Assembly (NCBI GenBank): GCA_963748625.1
Contig: CAVVJT010000007.1
Location: forward strand, 256,001 to 320,000
DNA length: 64,000 nt
DNA from: an uncultured Chloroflexia bacterium
GTDB taxonomy: Bacteria > Chloroflexota > Limnocylindria > Limnocylindrales > CSP1-4
Reading direction: 5' to 3'
Part shown: one piece after another, positions 1 through 11,396 of the stretch
Layout of the letters: each line of letters opens with the position of its first letter
Numbering within the stretch: the stretch's first letter is position 1
Translations under genes and position numbers: made by a program
Notes under the pieces: model-generated
The model's input: only the letters and a program-made list of their open reading frames with translations
What the model was told of the DNA's origin: nothing
Databases searched by the model: none

Positions 1-90
1 AACCTGCACGCCGGTCCGACCGAGCGTTCTGAGACCTGCCGGGTCCATGGACTCGTCTCCTGCCACTTGCCAATGGAGGGGATGACAGCA

Positions 91-122
91 GCCGGCGGCC
101 CGGCACGTGCCGAACCGCCGGC
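91..122 (-). terminator. Hairpin downstream of the ABC substrate-binding gene (probable terminator)
   Basis: Minus strand GCCGGCGG-TT-CGGC-ACGT-GCCG-GG-CCGCCGGC (U.G pairs) lies ~30 nt after the inferred stop; there is no strong U-tail. Confidence 0.5.
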
Positions 123-151
123 ATGTCCGCGCTCGCGCGCGGGATCTTTGA

Positions 152-1155
152 CTACTTCGCGTAGTCCTTCGACGTTGTCGATGGTCACGAGCTTGACCGG
201 CATGTAGACCTCGCGCTCCTTCTCGTTGTCGAACTTCGGCGTCTGCGCCGCCGAGGATCTGCTTGGCGAGGTCGACCGTGAGCGCGCCCATGCCGTACGG
301 GTCCTGGGCGACGGTTGCGGAGAGTCCGCCGTTCTGGATGAGGGTGATGGCCTCAGGGTCTGCGTTGAACCCGACCGTCACGATGTCCTTCACCGGGTCC
401 TTGCCAGCGTCCTTGATCGCGTTCGAAGCGCCACCCACCATCGGGTCGTTGCAGGAGAAGACGCCCGCGATGTCCGGGTCCTTGGCGAGGGCGTCCTTCA
501 TGACGGTGTAGCCCTGCTCGGCGACCGAGTTGCCGGACAGATCGGTGACGATCGTGTAGCCGAGCTCGGTGATCCGCTTCTCGAAGAACTCGTTGCGGCG
601 GGCCGCGTAGACGGCGTCCGGCGGGCAGCCGATCGACACCACCTTCTTGCTCGCGCCGTCGTGGGTCTTGATCTGGGCGTCCATGAACTCGGCCGCCAGC
701 GCTCCGCCGCCGCCGTTGTCGGAGATCACGATCGCGTCGTAGGGAGTGCCGCCGCCGCCGATGTCGTCGACGATGACCGGGACGCCCTTCTCCTTGGCCT
801 TCTGGACGATCGGGCCGAGAGCATCGGGCTTGAACGGGCTGATGATCAGGACATCGACCTCGTCAAGGAGTGCCGTAGCGCCCGTGACCATCTCGTTGAC
901 GTCCGACTTCTCATCATGCAGCACGAACTTCCAGCCGAGCTTCTCGGCGGCCTCGCGGGTGCCCTTCTCCATCGCCTGGAAGAACTCGTACTGCATGTCC
1001 CAGACGGAGAAGCCGACGGTGATGTCTTCGACGGGGGCGGCCGAGGGGGCGGACGAGGGGGCGGACGAGGGGGCAGGCGATGCGCTGCCAGTGCACGCTG
1101 CAGCGATGAGCGCCACGCTCATCACCGCCAGCGAGAAGCGCCTGTTGAACGACAC
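152..1155 (-). CDS. Sugar ABC transporter substrate-binding lipoprotein (RbsB-like); 3' end has two apparent single-base frameshifts
   Basis: Absent from the ORF track, read by hand. GGAGGA RBS, GTG start, lipobox LIAAAC, SSAPSSAPSAAP linker, VGFSVWDMQYEFFQAM, GVFSCNDPM, VGFNA, ATVAQDPYGMG. Removing one base near 248 and one near 170 gives the C-terminus ...QTPKFDNEKEREVYMPVKLVTIDNVKDYAK-stop. Confidence 0.85.
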
Positions 1156-1247
1156 GATCTCCTCCAATAAGGCGAGCTCCGGACTGGCACGGGACGGCAG
1201 GTAGAGCCGGCGGCCGTGGGCCCGGGAGGCGGACGCATGCAGCAGCT

Positions 1248-2318
1248 CTATGCGACCCGGGTCACCTCCTCCTGCCTGCGGCGTCGGAACGCGCGCCAGC
1301 TGGATGGGCGTGCGTTGCCGGTGCGCAGGCCGTCGATGGCCAGCGCGGTGATGAGCACGACCCCGAGCACGATGCGCTGGTAGCTCGCCGGGACGTGCTG
1401 GCTCACGAGGAAGTCGTTGAGGCCTGACACGAGGAGGACGGCGGCGAACGTCCCGATGAGGGTGCCCCGACCTCCCTTGAGGCTCGTGCCGCCGAGCACG
1501 ACGGCCGCGATGACCTGGAGCTCGAAACCTTCCGCGATGCCGCCGTCGGCCGTCCACACGCGCGTGACGAACGTGAGCGCGGCCAGGCCGACGCACACGC
1601 CGACGAGCGCGAACAGGAACATGCGCAGGCGAGCCTCGGAGATGCCGCAGAAGCGGGCCGCCTCGGGCGACGATCCGAAGGCGATCGTCCGCCGGCCGAC
1701 CACCGTGCGCCGGAGGATGACCCAGGCTGCCCCGAACACCCCGAGCATGATGAGGAACGGCACGGGGATGCCGAGCACGTCGGCGCTTCCGATGGCCACG
1801 AAGAGCGAGTCGGCCTCGGAGTAGGGAAGGGTCTTCGGCCCGTCCTGCGTCAGCACGAACGTGATGCCCCGGTACAGGAAGAGCGTGCTGAGCGTCGCGA
1901 CGAACGGGTTGACGAAGAGACGCGTGATGATCAACCCGTTCACGAGCCCGCAGCCGAGGCCCGCGGCGATCGCCGCGATGATCGCGAGCGGCGTGCCGCC
2001 CGCCGCATACCCCATGAGCGAGATCGCGCTGACGAGGGCGAGCTGACCGCCGACCGAGAGATCGAATGTCCCGTTCATGATGACCATCGTCATGCCCGCA
2101 GCGACGATCCCGACGTAGGCGCTCTCCCGCATGAGCGACTGGATGTTCGAGATGCTGAGGAAGCCCGGATCGATCACGGCGGCCACGACGGCGAGCGCCA
2201 GCAGCACCAGGGCGATTCCCCACCGCTCCCAGAGCGTGCTCAAACGGCGTGAGCGCGACAGCGCGAGCCTTGCCTGCGTGGCCGGCGGCGGAGGCGTCAT
2301 CCCGTTGGTCTCGTTCAT
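1248..2318 (-). CDS. Sugar ABC transporter permease (RbsC family)
   Basis: FDLSVG, PFVATL and [21 protein letters not shown] motifs; ATGA overlap with the upstream permease stop sets the start at 2318. Confidence 0.93.
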   Translation of the reverse strand: MNETNGMTPPPPATQARLALSRSRRLSTLWERWGIALVLLALAVVAAVIDPGFLSISNIQSLMRESAYVGIVAAGMTMVIMNGTFDLSVGGQLALVSAISLMGYAAGGTPLAIIAAIAAGLGCGLVNGLIITRLFVNPFVATLSTLFLYRGITFVLTQDGPKTLPYSEADSLFVAIGSADVLGIPVPFLIMLGVFGAAWVILRRTVVGRRTIAFGSSPEAARFCGISEARLRMFLFALVGVCVGLAALTFVTRVWTADGGIAEGFELQVIAAVVLGGTSLKGGRGTLIGTFAAVLLVSGLNDFLVSQHVPASYQRIVLGVVLITALAIDGLRTGNARPSSWRAFRRRRQEEVTRVA

Positions 2319-3319
2319 GACGGCCCTCTTCGGGCGCGGTGGTCGCGAAGACCCGTGACCGCGAGTGCCGCGACAAGCACGATGCCGACGCTGATGCGCT
2401 GATAGGCCGTCGCGACGTTGAGCAGGTTGAGCCCGTTGCGGATCGTCTCGAGCATCAGCGCCCCAAGGATGGTCCCGGCCACTGTCCCCCGGCCGCCCTT
2501 CAGGCTGGTTCCACCGAGGATGACCACGGTGATCGCACTGAGCTCGAAGCCGATGCCGAGGAGACCCGAGCCCTTCTGCAGCTGCGCGCTGATGAACAGG
2601 CCCCAGAGAGCGGCCGCAGCGCCCACCAGGACATAGACGAGCACGCGGATGCGGTTCACCGGCAGGCCGGTGACACCGGCCGCGTCGCGGTTGCTCCCGA
2701 TGGCGCTCACCCAGCGCCCGAAGCGCACGCGGTTGAGGAGCCACCAGGCGAGGACTGCCGCGACGCCGGCGAGGATGATCGGCATCGGGATCCCGAACGG
2801 CCGCGCCCCAACCAGGAGCTTGAGCCCGGGGTCGGCGACGATGACATCGTGTCCGTTGGTGTACACGAGCGTGATGCCCCGGACGATCACGAGGGTGGCC
2901 ATCGTGGCGATGAACGGCGTCACCTTGAGGCGCGTGACGACCAGCCCGTTGAACAGGCCGACGCATGCGCCCGCGGCGAGGCCGGCGCCCATGGCGAGGA
3001 TCGTCGGGGTGCCACCGAGGATGAGCGTGCACGTGATGGCGCCCGCGAACGCGACCACCGAGCCGACCGACAGGTCGAACTCCCCCATCACGAGACACAT
3101 CATCATCGCGAGGCTGGGGATGGCGATGATGCTCGCCTGGACGAGGAGGTTCTCGAGGTTCGTCGGCGTGAGGAAGGCGCTCGACATCACGGACAGGACG
3201 ACAATCAGCACGGCGAGCGGCAGGAGGAGCGGGACGGCACCGAGGCCCTTGCGCACCCGGTCGACGACTGTCCGACCGGTCGCGGCCGGGGTTCCCGAGC
3301 CGGCGTTGAGGACGCTCAT
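2315..3319 (-). CDS. Sugar ABC transporter permease (RbsC family)
   Basis: EFDLSVG, PFIATMA and [21 protein letters not shown] motifs; multi-TM. Confidence 0.93.
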   Translation of the reverse strand: MSVLNAGSGTPAATGRTVVDRVRKGLGAVPLLLPLAVLIVVLSVMSSAFLTPTNLENLLVQASIIAIPSLAMMMCLVMGEFDLSVGSVVAFAGAITCTLILGGTPTILAMGAGLAAGACVGLFNGLVVTRLKVTPFIATMATLVIVRGITLVYTNGHDVIVADPGLKLLVGARPFGIPMPIILAGVAAVLAWWLLNRVRFGRWVSAIGSNRDAAGVTGLPVNRIRVLVYVLVGAAAALWGLFISAQLQKGSGLLGIGFELSAITVVILGGTSLKGGRGTVAGTILGALMLETIRNGLNLLNVATAYQRISVGIVLVAALAVTGLRDHRARRGPS

Positions 3320-4851
3320 CCCGACACTCCGATCCGCGCGCCGGTCGTCGCGCAGGCGATCACGTTCTCCGCCGTGAGGGTGTCGCGGGACAGCCGGCCC
3401 ACGACGCGCCCGGCCGAGAGGACGACGACCCGGTCGCTCATGCCCACGAGCTCGGGCAGATCGCTGCTCACCATGAGCAGGGCGGCTCCGTCGGCGGTCA
3501 GCCGGTTGAGCAGCTGGTGGATCTCCGCCCGCGCGCCGACGTCGACACCGCGCGTCGGCTCGTTGAGCAGGATGAGCCGGCCGCCCGGCGCGAGGGCGCG
3601 CCCGAGCATGACCTTCTGCTGGTTGCCGCCGGACAGCTCCGCGATCGACTGGTCGGGCCCGCGTGCCTTCACCCGCAGCGAGGTCATGTGGGTCTCGGCG
3701 AGCTCGCGCTCGGCCCGCATCGACAGCAGCCGCAGGAGCCCCCGCCTGACCTTGCCGAGGACCGAGATGCTCAGGTTCTGCTGGACGGAGAGGTCGGGCA
3801 TGATGCCGGCACGCTTCCGGTCCTCGTGGAGGAAGCCGACCCCAGCATCGAGGGCGTCGCCCGGGGTCCCCGGCGCGAACGGCATGCCGCCCAGCTCCAT
3901 CGACCCGGCTCGAACGGGCAGCGCCCCGAGGATGACCTGCGTGAGGTCGGACTGCCCTGCTCCGGCCACACCGCCGATCCCCACGATCTCGCCCTGCCGG
4001 ACCTCCAGGTCCACCTCGCGCAGCATCGAGCCCGCGGAGAGGCCGGTCAGCCGGAGCACCACGTCGCCGCTGGGAACCTGGTCGCGCTCCACGATGGACG
4101 ACACGTCACGGCCGACCATGAGGCGCACGAGCTCCGCCTCGGTCGCCTCGGCGATGCCGAGCGTCGCCACGTTGCGCCCGTCCCGCAGAACGGTCGCACG
4201 GTCGGCCACCTCGAAGACCTCCTCGAGGTGGTGGCTCACGTAGATGACGGCGCGGCCCTCGTCGCGGAGGCGACGGATGACGCTCATGAGCCGCGTGACC
4301 TCGGAGCTGTTGAGCGCGGCCGTCGGCTCGTCCATGACGATGACCCGGCCGTCCTGCGAGAGCGCCCGGGCGATCTCGACGAGCTGCTGGGCAGCTACGC
4401 CGATGTCCGCCACACGCGCGTCGGGGTCGATCTCCACGCCGAGCATCGCGAACAGCTCTCGGCAGCGCGCGCGGATCTCGCCGTACCGGATTCCGCGCGA
4501 GAGCCGGGAGATCGGCTCCCGGCCGATGTACACGTTCTCCGCCACGGTGAGATCGGGGAAGAGGGTGAACTCCTGGTAGATGACCGCAATGCCGGCCGCG
4601 ATCGCGTCGCTGGGGCTGACCGGGCTGAAGGCTCGGCCGCCAAGCCAGAGGCGCCCGCCGGTGGGCGTGTAGACGCCGCCGAGGATCTTGAGCAGCGTGG
4701 ATTTGCCGGCGCCGTTCTCACCGACGAGCGCATGGACCTCACCGGCACGCACGTCGAAGTGGACATCGTCGAGGGCACGGACGCCCGGAAAGTCCATGGT
4801 CACGTGCTCGACGTCGAGGAAGGCTGTGCTGGCGCCCTGGGCGCTCACCAT
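3316..4851 (-). CDS. Sugar ABC transporter ATP-binding protein (RbsA-type tandem ABC)
   Basis: Walker [36 protein letters not shown]; start trimmed to MVSAQG. Confidence 0.95.
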   Translation of the reverse strand: MVSAQGASTAFLDVEHVTMDFPGVRALDDVHFDVRAGEVHALVGENGAGKSTLLKILGGVYTPTGGRLWLGGRAFSPVSPSDAIAAGIAVIYQEFTLFPDLTVAENVYIGREPISRLSRGIRYGEIRARCRELFAMLGVEIDPDARVADIGVAAQQLVEIARALSQDGRVIVMDEPTAALNSSEVTRLMSVIRRLRDEGRAVIYVSHHLEEVFEVADRATVLRDGRNVATLGIAEATEAELVRLMVGRDVSSIVERDQVPSGDVVLRLTGLSAGSMLREVDLEVRQGEIVGIGGVAGAGQSDLTQVILGALPVRAGSMELGGMPFAPGTPGDALDAGVGFLHEDRKRAGIMPDLSVQQNLSISVLGKVRRGLLRLLSMRAERELAETHMTSLRVKARGPDQSIAELSGGNQQKVMLGRALAPGGRLILLNEPTRGVDVGARAEIHQLLNRLTADGAALLMVSSDLPELVGMSDRVVVLSAGRVVGRLSRDTLTAENVIACATTGARIGVSG

Positions 4852-5079
4852 CGGTCCACGGTGAAACCTGCCTGCGACCCACTGTGGCCGGTCATCCGGC
4901 TCCCGTTCGGAGTACGACTGCCAGCCTGGATGAGAACTGTCGGACGATCCTACACCATGGTTGCGGCGCGGATTCGATCCGCCATCAGGTCGTCCGCGAC
5001 GCGCCGAGGCTCCCCATCCGATCGTCGACGGCGCCACCGCGCGGTGGCGCCGGTCCGTCCCGGGCTGCCGGCCCCGCGC

Positions 5080-6099
5080 TCAGGTCACGAGGACCGTTCG
5101 GAATCCCCGCCCCGCCTTCAGGTCCTCGAGCGCCTCGTTCGCCTGCTCGATCGGGCGGACCTGCTCGATGAGGTGATCTACCTCGAGGGTCCCCTCGAGA
5201 TAGAGGTCGATCGCATCCCGGATGTCGTCCGGGACGAAACCCCGGGACCCGAGCACGGCCAGCTCGCGCCAGAAGATGTCCACCGCACGAGCGCGGAAGT
5301 GGTCGAGGCTGCTCCCGATCAGCACCACGCGCCCTCCCGGCCCGCCCATCGCGATCGCCTGCTCGTCCACGGCCGCCGAGCCCACGCACTGGATCACCAC
5401 GTCCGGCCCATGGCCGCCCGTCAGGGCCTTGACCTCGGCGACGACGTCGTCGCCGGCCGCGATCGCCTCGTCGGCGCCCAGCCGGCGGGCAAGCTCGAGC
5501 TTCGCAGCCGACCGGGTGACCGCGATGACACGGGCGCCGAATGCCTTGCCGAGCTGGACCGCATTGGATCCAAGACCGCCGACGCCCAGGACGACGAGCG
5601 TCTCGCCGGCCTGGAGGTGCGCCACGCGCTTGAGGCCGTGGAGTGGTGTTGCCACGGCATCGGTGAGGACCGCGAGCACGGCCGGCGGCACGGGCGCCCG
5701 GGGCCTGATCAGGGCCTCGACCGGCCGCAGGACGTAGTCGGCGAATGCGCCATCCACGTCGACCCCCATGCGCTGGACATGCGGGCTGATGTTGGGCCGC
5801 CCACGCGCGGCCCACGGGTCACCGGGCGGCACGGTGATGTAGTACAGGGCGACCTGGTCGCCAGGGCTCACGGACGTGACGCCCTCGCCGACCGCGTCGA
5901 CGATCCCAGCTGCCTCGTGGCCGGGAACGATCGGCCACGGCACCTTGTCCCCGAAGCCGCCCTTCTGCAGGAACACGTCCGAGCCGCACACGCCGCACGC
6001 CTCCACGCGGATGCGCGCCTCACCGGCCCCCGGCTGAGGGATCGGCCGCTCCACGAGGCGGAGCGGAGCGCCCGGCTGGGCGAACTCGGCGGCACGCAT
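5080..6099 (-). CDS. Zn-dependent (MDR) alcohol/polyol dehydrogenase
   Basis: CGSD, GHE and GVGGLG motifs. The structural-Zn Cys cluster is replaced by TVPPGDPWAARGRPNISP. Confidence 0.9.
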   Translation of the reverse strand: MRAAEFAQPGAPLRLVERPIPQPGAGEARIRVEACGVCGSDVFLQKGGFGDKVPWPIVPGHEAAGIVDAVGEGVTSVSPGDQVALYYITVPPGDPWAARGRPNISPHVQRMGVDVDGAFADYVLRPVEALIRPRAPVPPAVLAVLTDAVATPLHGLKRVAHLQAGETLVVLGVGGLGSNAVQLGKAFGARVIAVTRSAAKLELARRLGADEAIAAGDDVVAEVKALTGGHGPDVVIQCVGSAAVDEQAIAMGGPGGRVVLIGSSLDHFRARAVDIFWRELAVLGSRGFVPDDIRDAIDLYLEGTLEVDHLIEQVRPIEQANEALEDLKAGRGFRTVLVT

Positions 6100-6142
6100 C
6101 AGCGAGCGCCCGCCGATGGCTGCGCTCGCCCGGCCGAGCCGC

Positions 6143-6892
6143 TCACCACGTCACGAACCCGCCGGCGATGTTGAGCATCTGGCCGGTCAGGTACGACGCG
6201 CGGGCAGAGAGCAGGAACAGGATGACCTCGGCGGCCTCGTCCGGCGTGCCTGCCCGGCGCATGGGGATCGCGTTGAGGCGTCGCTCGTTGAGCTCGTCGG
6301 GGGTGATGCCGTGGATGGGCGCGTTGAGCTCGAGGAACTGGCGCTGCATCGGGGTGTCGATGACCCCGGGCAGCACGCTGTTCACGCGCATGCCGCGCGC
6401 GGCGTGTGCCGTCGCGAAGGAGCGCGTGAGCGAGAGCACGCCCGCCTTGGCGGCGGCGTACACGGCCACCTCGGGAATCGTGCCCGTCTTCGCGGCGACC
6501 GATGAGACGGTGACGATCGCGCCGTCGTCGGGCAGCGCGGGCGCGAAGGCCTGCAGCAGGAAGAAGACCGACCGGAGGTTCACTGCGTGCAGGCGGTCCC
6601 AGTCGGCCTCGGTCACCTCGTCGATGCGCTGGCCCTGCGTCATGCCGTGGGAGAGCACGAGGGCGTGCACCCCCTCCGACGCGTCGAGGAGCCGCTGGCG
6701 GTCCTCGGTCAGCGTGAGGTCGGCCTGGATCGGCACAGCGCCGATCGCAGCGATCGACGCGCTCCCGGCCTCCGACCGGTGGACGCCGATCACCGTCCCG
6801 CCGCGCTCGACGAGGAGCGCAGCGGTGGCAAGGCCGATCCCGGAACCGGCGCCGGTCACGACGACCCGGCGCCCCGCGAACTCGCCCGTCAT
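6143..6892 (-). CDS. Short-chain dehydrogenase/reductase (SDR)
   Basis: TGAGSGIG, YAAAK, RVNSVLPG; TGATG overlap with the upstream SDR. Confidence 0.92.
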   Translation of the reverse strand: MTGEFAGRRVVVTGAGSGIGLATAALLVERGGTVIGVHRSEAGSASIAAIGAVPIQADLTLTEDRQRLLDASEGVHALVLSHGMTQGQRIDEVTEADWDRLHAVNLRSVFFLLQAFAPALPDDGAIVTVSSVAAKTGTIPEVAVYAAAKAGVLSLTRSFATAHAARGMRVNSVLPGVIDTPMQRQFLELNAPIHGITPDELNERRLNAIPMRRAGTPDEAAEVILFLLSARASYLTGQMLNIAGGFVTW

Positions 6893-7662
6893 CAATACAT
6901 CAGGAAGCCGCCCGACGCGTTGATGGTGGACCCGGTGATGTAGCTCGCGTGGTCGGATGCAAGGAACACGACCGGACCCGCAATCTCGACGGGCTCAGCG
7001 ACGTACCCGAGCGGGGTCTGCTTCTTCATGCTCTCGTAGATCTCCGGCGAGAGGCCGGTCATCAGCATCGGCGTGTTCGTCTGGCCGGGCGACACGCAGT
7101 TCACGGTGATGCGGTGCGCCCCGTAGGTGCGTGCGAGGCCACGGCAGGCGGACGTGATGCCGCCTTTCGTTGCCGCGTAGGCCACGGACCCGCCGAAGCC
7201 GCCGGTCCACCAGCCCTGCGAGCTGAAGAGAATGATGCGTCCGCCGTTCCCCTGTTCGATCATCGCCTTGCCCGCGGCGCGCGCGAGGAAGAAGGCGGCC
7301 TTGAGGTTCACGTCGTGCTGGAAGTCCCAGTCCTCCTCCGTGACCTCGTCGAGCGAGCCGCGCCGGCGCAAGACCGCGGCGACGTTCGCCAGGACGTAGA
7401 GGTTGCCGAGCTCCTCGCGTGCCCGAGCGACAAGCGCATCGTGCCCGGCGAGGTCGCGCAGGTCCGCCGTCACCCCCACGTGACCGCTGCCCTCGAAGCC
7501 GGCGACCACCTCGTCCACCTTCGCCTGGTCCACGACGTCGACGGCCATGACCTTCGCGCCCGTGGTCGCGAAGGCCTCCGCGACCGCACGGCCGATGCCG
7601 CCGGCCGCCCCCGTGACGATGACGCCCTTGCCCTCAAGCCCGGCGCCCACATTCCAGCTCAT
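6892..7662 (-). CDS. Short-chain dehydrogenase/reductase (SDR)
   Basis: TGAAGGIG, YAATK, VNCVSPG, YITG. Confidence 0.92.
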   Translation of the reverse strand: MSWNVGAGLEGKGVIVTGAAGGIGRAVAEAFATTGAKVMAVDVVDQAKVDEVVAGFEGSGHVGVTADLRDLAGHDALVARAREELGNLYVLANVAAVLRRRGSLDEVTEEDWDFQHDVNLKAAFFLARAAGKAMIEQGNGGRIILFSSQGWWTGGFGGSVAYAATKGGITSACRGLARTYGAHRITVNCVSPGQTNTPMLMTGLSPEIYESMKKQTPLGYVAEPVEIAGPVVFLASDHASYITGSTINASGGFLMY

Positions 7663-7699
7663 GTGTCCTCCTGTCCAGCGATGCCCGTCCGGGCACCCT

Positions 7700-8842
7700 T
7701 CAGTGCTTGGCGAGGTAGCGTTCGGTCCGATAGCGATCGACGACCTCGTCGATGATCTCGATGCCGAGCCCTGGCTTTGTCGGCGGGTAGTACCAGCCGT
7801 CCCGGTGGCCGAGGGGTTCGGTGACCAGCTCGTGCTGCATGGGGTTCTCGAGCGGCTTGACCTCGACGAGCTGGAACGCGGCCGATGCGAAGCTCATGGC
7901 CAGGCTGGCCGCGGTCACGATGGCCGATGACCAGCAGTGCGCGTTCGCCTGCCGCCGGTGGAACTCCACGCGCTCCACGGCCTTCATGGACCCGGTGATG
8001 CCTTCGGCGCGTCCGGGGTCGAGCCCTACCACGTCGACCGTCCCGGTCCCCAGGATCCGCTCATACCCGTCGACATCCCACTCCTTCTCACCGTAGGCGA
8101 TGAGCGACGTCGTCTTGCTGCGCAGGTTCAGGTAGCCCTCGTGGTCCCAGGCGCCCAGCGGCTCCTCGATCCAGTGGAGGTCGTACTCCTCGAAGGCGAG
8201 CACACGGCGGACGGCGGTCTTGACATCCCATTTGATGGCCCAGCCGCAGTCGAGCATGATCCACTTCCCCGGCAGGCCCTCGCGCATCCGCCGGATGTAC
8301 TCGACGTCGCGATCGTGGTCGTACCCGAGGCGGGCGTCGCCACGCTTGCCCAGGCCCACCTTGAGGCCGCAGAGGCCGGGCTCCACCCACTCCTGGGCCT
8401 CCTCGACCATCCGCCCGATGTCGGAGTAGTGCGCGTGGCTCGAAGCCACCGCCGGCAGGCGGTCGTGCACCGCACCGCCGAGCAGCTGGACCACCGGGAC
8501 CCCCAGCACCTTGCCCTTGAGGTCCCACAGGGCGATGTCGATCGCCGCGACGGCGAACGATGCCAGCCCGCCGCGATAGCCGTACCACCACATCTGGTCG
8601 CGCAGCGAGGTCCAGATCGCGATGTTGTCGAGCGGGTCCCGACCGATGACGCGGGCGGCCATGCCCTCGATGATCGACTTGACCGCGTAGCTGGCCTCCA
8701 GGAACGAGGTGACGGCCTCACCCCACCCGACGACGCCGTCGTCGGTCGTGATCTTCACGAGGCAGAGGTGGCGGGTCGAGTTGAAGTCGTTGGGCTCCGG
8801 GTAGCTGACCGGGATCGCCTCAACAGTCGTGACCTGGGACAT
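7700..8842 (-). CDS. Mandelate racemase/muconate lactonizing enzyme family protein (acid-sugar dehydratase-like)
   Basis: IDIALWDLKGK, metal ligands D(CGW), (WI)EEP and (YG)E, PGLG; GGAGG RBS before MSQVTT. Confidence 0.9.
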   Translation of the reverse strand: MSQVTTVEAIPVSYPEPNDFNSTRHLCLVKITTDDGVVGWGEAVTSFLEASYAVKSIIEGMAARVIGRDPLDNIAIWTSLRDQMWWYGYRGGLASFAVAAIDIALWDLKGKVLGVPVVQLLGGAVHDRLPAVASSHAHYSDIGRMVEEAQEWVEPGLCGLKVGLGKRGDARLGYDHDRDVEYIRRMREGLPGKWIMLDCGWAIKWDVKTAVRRVLAFEEYDLHWIEEPLGAWDHEGYLNLRSKTTSLIAYGEKEWDVDGYERILGTGTVDVVGLDPGRAEGITGSMKAVERVEFHRRQANAHCWSSAIVTAASLAMSFASAAFQLVEVKPLENPMQHELVTEPLGHRDGWYYPPTKPGLGIEIIDEVVDRYRTERYLAKH

Positions 8843-8865
8843 GGCTTCCTCCCTTGGCGAACGCC

Positions 8866-10257
8866 TCAGACCCGGATGGAGCGCAGACCGAGCGCTGAGG
8901 CCAGCGCGGGGATCTCGATGTCCAGCCGACCTGGGGCCAGGGCGTTGTGGTGGGTGGCCCCCGAGGCGATCCAGCGATCGATGGCCTCGATGGCAGACCC
9001 CGAGTCGAAACGGAACATCCCGTTGGGACCACGCATGGCGTTGTAGCGGGACTCGACGACCTCGCCTGTCGCCCACGCGAGCGTCCAGCTCGAGCCCGTC
9101 GGCGACAGGCTGAGGAGCGTCGCCGGACCGCGTCGCAGGCCGAACGAGAGGCCGCTGCCCTTGCCGCGGATCCCGGGGTAGTGGTCATTCGCCTCGAGGG
9201 TGACGCTCCCGGGCGGATCGGCCCAGGCCGGGTCGCCCTCCCCGCCGGCGGCAACCAGCAGGAGCCCCGTGTCGGCCTCCGGCGTGTACCCCTCGCAATA
9301 CAGCGCCGATCCCGCGACCTGCCTGGCGAGATGGAGCGCGATCGCCGTGGGCTGATCCCCCGTGCAGGCGATGCTCCGGCCCTGCTCGGCCTGGCAGGCG
9401 ACCGCGAGGCAGGCGGTGATCCCGACCCGCTCCGAGTCCCTGAACCACGGGCCGTGGCAGTTCACCGTCCCGGCAACCGCCCCCGCGCCCTCCATCGCCG
9501 CGTCGAGCGCCACCGCGACGCGCGCGCTTCGCTCAGCCTCCGTCCCCGGTTCCCCGGCCCAGCGACGGCGGACGTCGGCGAGCAGGGCCGTCGTCGTCGC
9601 GGGATCCGCCGCCTCAACGGCCGCCTCCCAGGTGCCGCGGTCGATCGCGACCTCGCGCATCCCCAGGGCCGCGAGATCCGACGTCGTGGCCTCGACGTCG
9701 AGGTAGCCGGGGATGGGGTCGCCGATCCGCAGGACCGTCGCGCCCCGCAGCGATCCGGCGGCGGCGGCGGCGCGCACGGTGCGCAGCAGGCGCGCGACAC
9801 CGGCCGGGTCGTCGTGCCCGGAGGTCACGACCAGCGGCGGACGGCCCTCGCGCACGCGCAGGTTGCCGTACATGAGGGCGCCGACGGTCGTCGTGTGCTC
9901 GGTCGCCTGGGCCTGGGTCAGCCCGTCCGCGAGGCGCGTCACGGTCGGCGCGTTCCAGATGACGAGCGGGGCCGTCGTGCCCTGCAGCGCGATCGCCGCA
10001 TAGCTCGGCGGTGCAGCCATCGTCGGGGCGAACACGACCGCGTCGAACCGGACCTGCGAGAGCACCTCCGCGGCTCTGCGCGCGCCCTCCTCGTCCTCGA
10101 TCAGCTCCGGAGCGACCACGTCGAACGCTTCGCCGAGCACCTCGGCCGAGCGTTGCGCGTGCGCGCGCATGCGCGCCGGGAAGTCCGGCGGCATCTGCGC
10201 GTCGAACATCGCGAAGCGCACGGAGATGAGCGCGATCTGCGGCCGGGGTGTGGTCAT
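8866..10257 (-). CDS. L-fucose/L-arabinose isomerase family protein
   Basis: VNCH, ACTGDQPTA, GPATLLSL and C-terminal GATHH resemble the FucI/AraA fold. Confidence 0.7.
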   Translation of the reverse strand: MTTPRPQIALISVRFAMFDAQMPPDFPARMRAHAQRSAEVLGEAFDVVAPELIEDEEGARRAAEVLSQVRFDAVVFAPTMAAPPSYAAIALQGTTAPLVIWNAPTVTRLADGLTQAQATEHTTTVGALMYGNLRVREGRPPLVVTSGHDDPAGVARLLRTVRAAAAAGSLRGATVLRIGDPIPGYLDVEATTSDLAALGMREVAIDRGTWEAAVEAADPATTTALLADVRRRWAGEPGTEAERSARVAVALDAAMEGAGAVAGTVNCHGPWFRDSERVGITACLAVACQAEQGRSIACTGDQPTAIALHLARQVAGSALYCEGYTPEADTGLLLVAAGGEGDPAWADPPGSVTLEANDHYPGIRGKGSGLSFGLRRGPATLLSLSPTGSSWTLAWATGEVVESRYNAMRGPNGMFRFDSGSAIEAIDRWIASGATHHNALAPGRLDIEIPALASALGLRSIRV

Positions 10258-11321
10258 CGCGACGCCAGCGGCGGGCAGGACGCCCGGAGCTCGAACTGCA
10301 TCGGCAGGATCACCGTCCGGGGCTCGACCTCCCCGCGGAGGTGCCGGAGCAGCAGCTCCGCCGCCTCGCGGCCCAGGCCGACCGTGTCGCGGCTGACGAC
10401 GGAGATGGGGGGGTCGTAGAGCTCTGCGAGGGGCACGTCGTCGCAGGTGACCAGGGCGATGTCGCGACCCGGACGGACCCCATGCCGGGCGAACGCGCGC
10501 AGGCAGCCCACCAGCGGCTGGTTGCCGCCGGCGATGATGGCCGTGGGCGGTTCGGGCATCGCCAGCAGGGCCTCGGTCGCCGTTTCCCCGTGCTCGGCGG
10601 ACAGCGAGCCCGCCCGAATGATCGTCTCGTCCGGGAGGCCTCGGCCGGCGACCGCCTCCCGCAGGCCGGCGATGCGCTCACGGACCGGGAAGATGTCCTC
10701 CGGGCCCGTCACGAGGGCGATCCGCCGGTGGCCCAGGTCGAGCAGGGCCTCGACCGCGAGGCGGACACCGTTGCGATGGTCATGGCGGACGGCGCTGACC
10801 CGGAAGCGGGGCGGCAGCTCGCGGTCGACGAGGACCAGGGGCAGCTTGCAGTCCTCGAGCGCCTGCAGGGTCTCCGGTGTCCGCTCGTTCGCGAGCGACA
10901 GGATCAGCCCGTCGACGCGTCGGCCCTCGAAGAACCTCACGTGCGCCGCGTCCAGGCGTGGATCGTTCTCCGAGTTCATGACCAGCATCGAGTAGCCGGC
11001 CTCACGCAGCCTGAGCTCCGCGCCGCACGCGATGTCCGCGATCAGCGGGTTGGAGATGTCGCCGACCACGAACCCGACCGACAGCGTGGCCCCGCGCCGC
11101 AGCGATTGGGCGAGGAAGTCCGGCTCGTACCCGAGCTGCTCGACGGCTGCCAGCACGCGGTCCCGCATGGGGGCCGACACGTCAGCGTGGCCAGATAGCA
11201 CCCGGCTCACCGAGGACATCGCCACCCCGGCGAGGTCGGCGACGTCGCGCATGCTCGCCCGACGGGTCGTGCGACCCAATCCCTCAGGTTCCCTTGCCAT
11301 GCTCCGCCGGATCGTCGCCAT
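10254..11321 (-). CDS. LacI family transcriptional regulator
   Basis: HTH SMRDVADLAGVAMSSVSRVL, LGYEPD and a periplasmic-binding-type C-terminal domain. Confidence 0.95.
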   Translation of the reverse strand: MATIRRSMAREPEGLGRTTRRASMRDVADLAGVAMSSVSRVLSGHADVSAPMRDRVLAAVEQLGYEPDFLAQSLRRGATLSVGFVVGDISNPLIADIACGAELRLREAGYSMLVMNSENDPRLDAAHVRFFEGRRVDGLILSLANERTPETLQALEDCKLPLVLVDRELPPRFRVSAVRHDHRNGVRLAVEALLDLGHRRIALVTGPEDIFPVRERIAGLREAVAGRGLPDETIIRAGSLSAEHGETATEALLAMPEPPTAIIAGGNQPLVGCLRAFARHGVRPGRDIALVTCDDVPLAELYDPPISVVSRDTVGLGREAAELLLRHLRGEVEPRTVILPMQFELRASCPPLASR

Positions 11322-11343
11322 ACAAGCCTTCCGGCTTCCCTCC

Positions 11344-11357
11344 CGGTATCGGTTTCA
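11344..11357 (-). promoter_or_regulatory. Putative LacI-type operator upstream of the lacI-family gene
   Basis: Minus-strand TGAAACCGATACCG resembles the site at 12685. Confidence 0.35.
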
Positions 11358-11396
11358 GCAACCCTAGCACAGCCCCTCGAAGCCTCGTGACGTCGA

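Noticed and set aside
4852-5079. tRNA or riboswitch upstream of the ABC transporter (GCGGATTCGATCCGC hairpin)
   Set aside because: There is only an isolated short stem-loop, with no cloverleaf or aptamer consensus.
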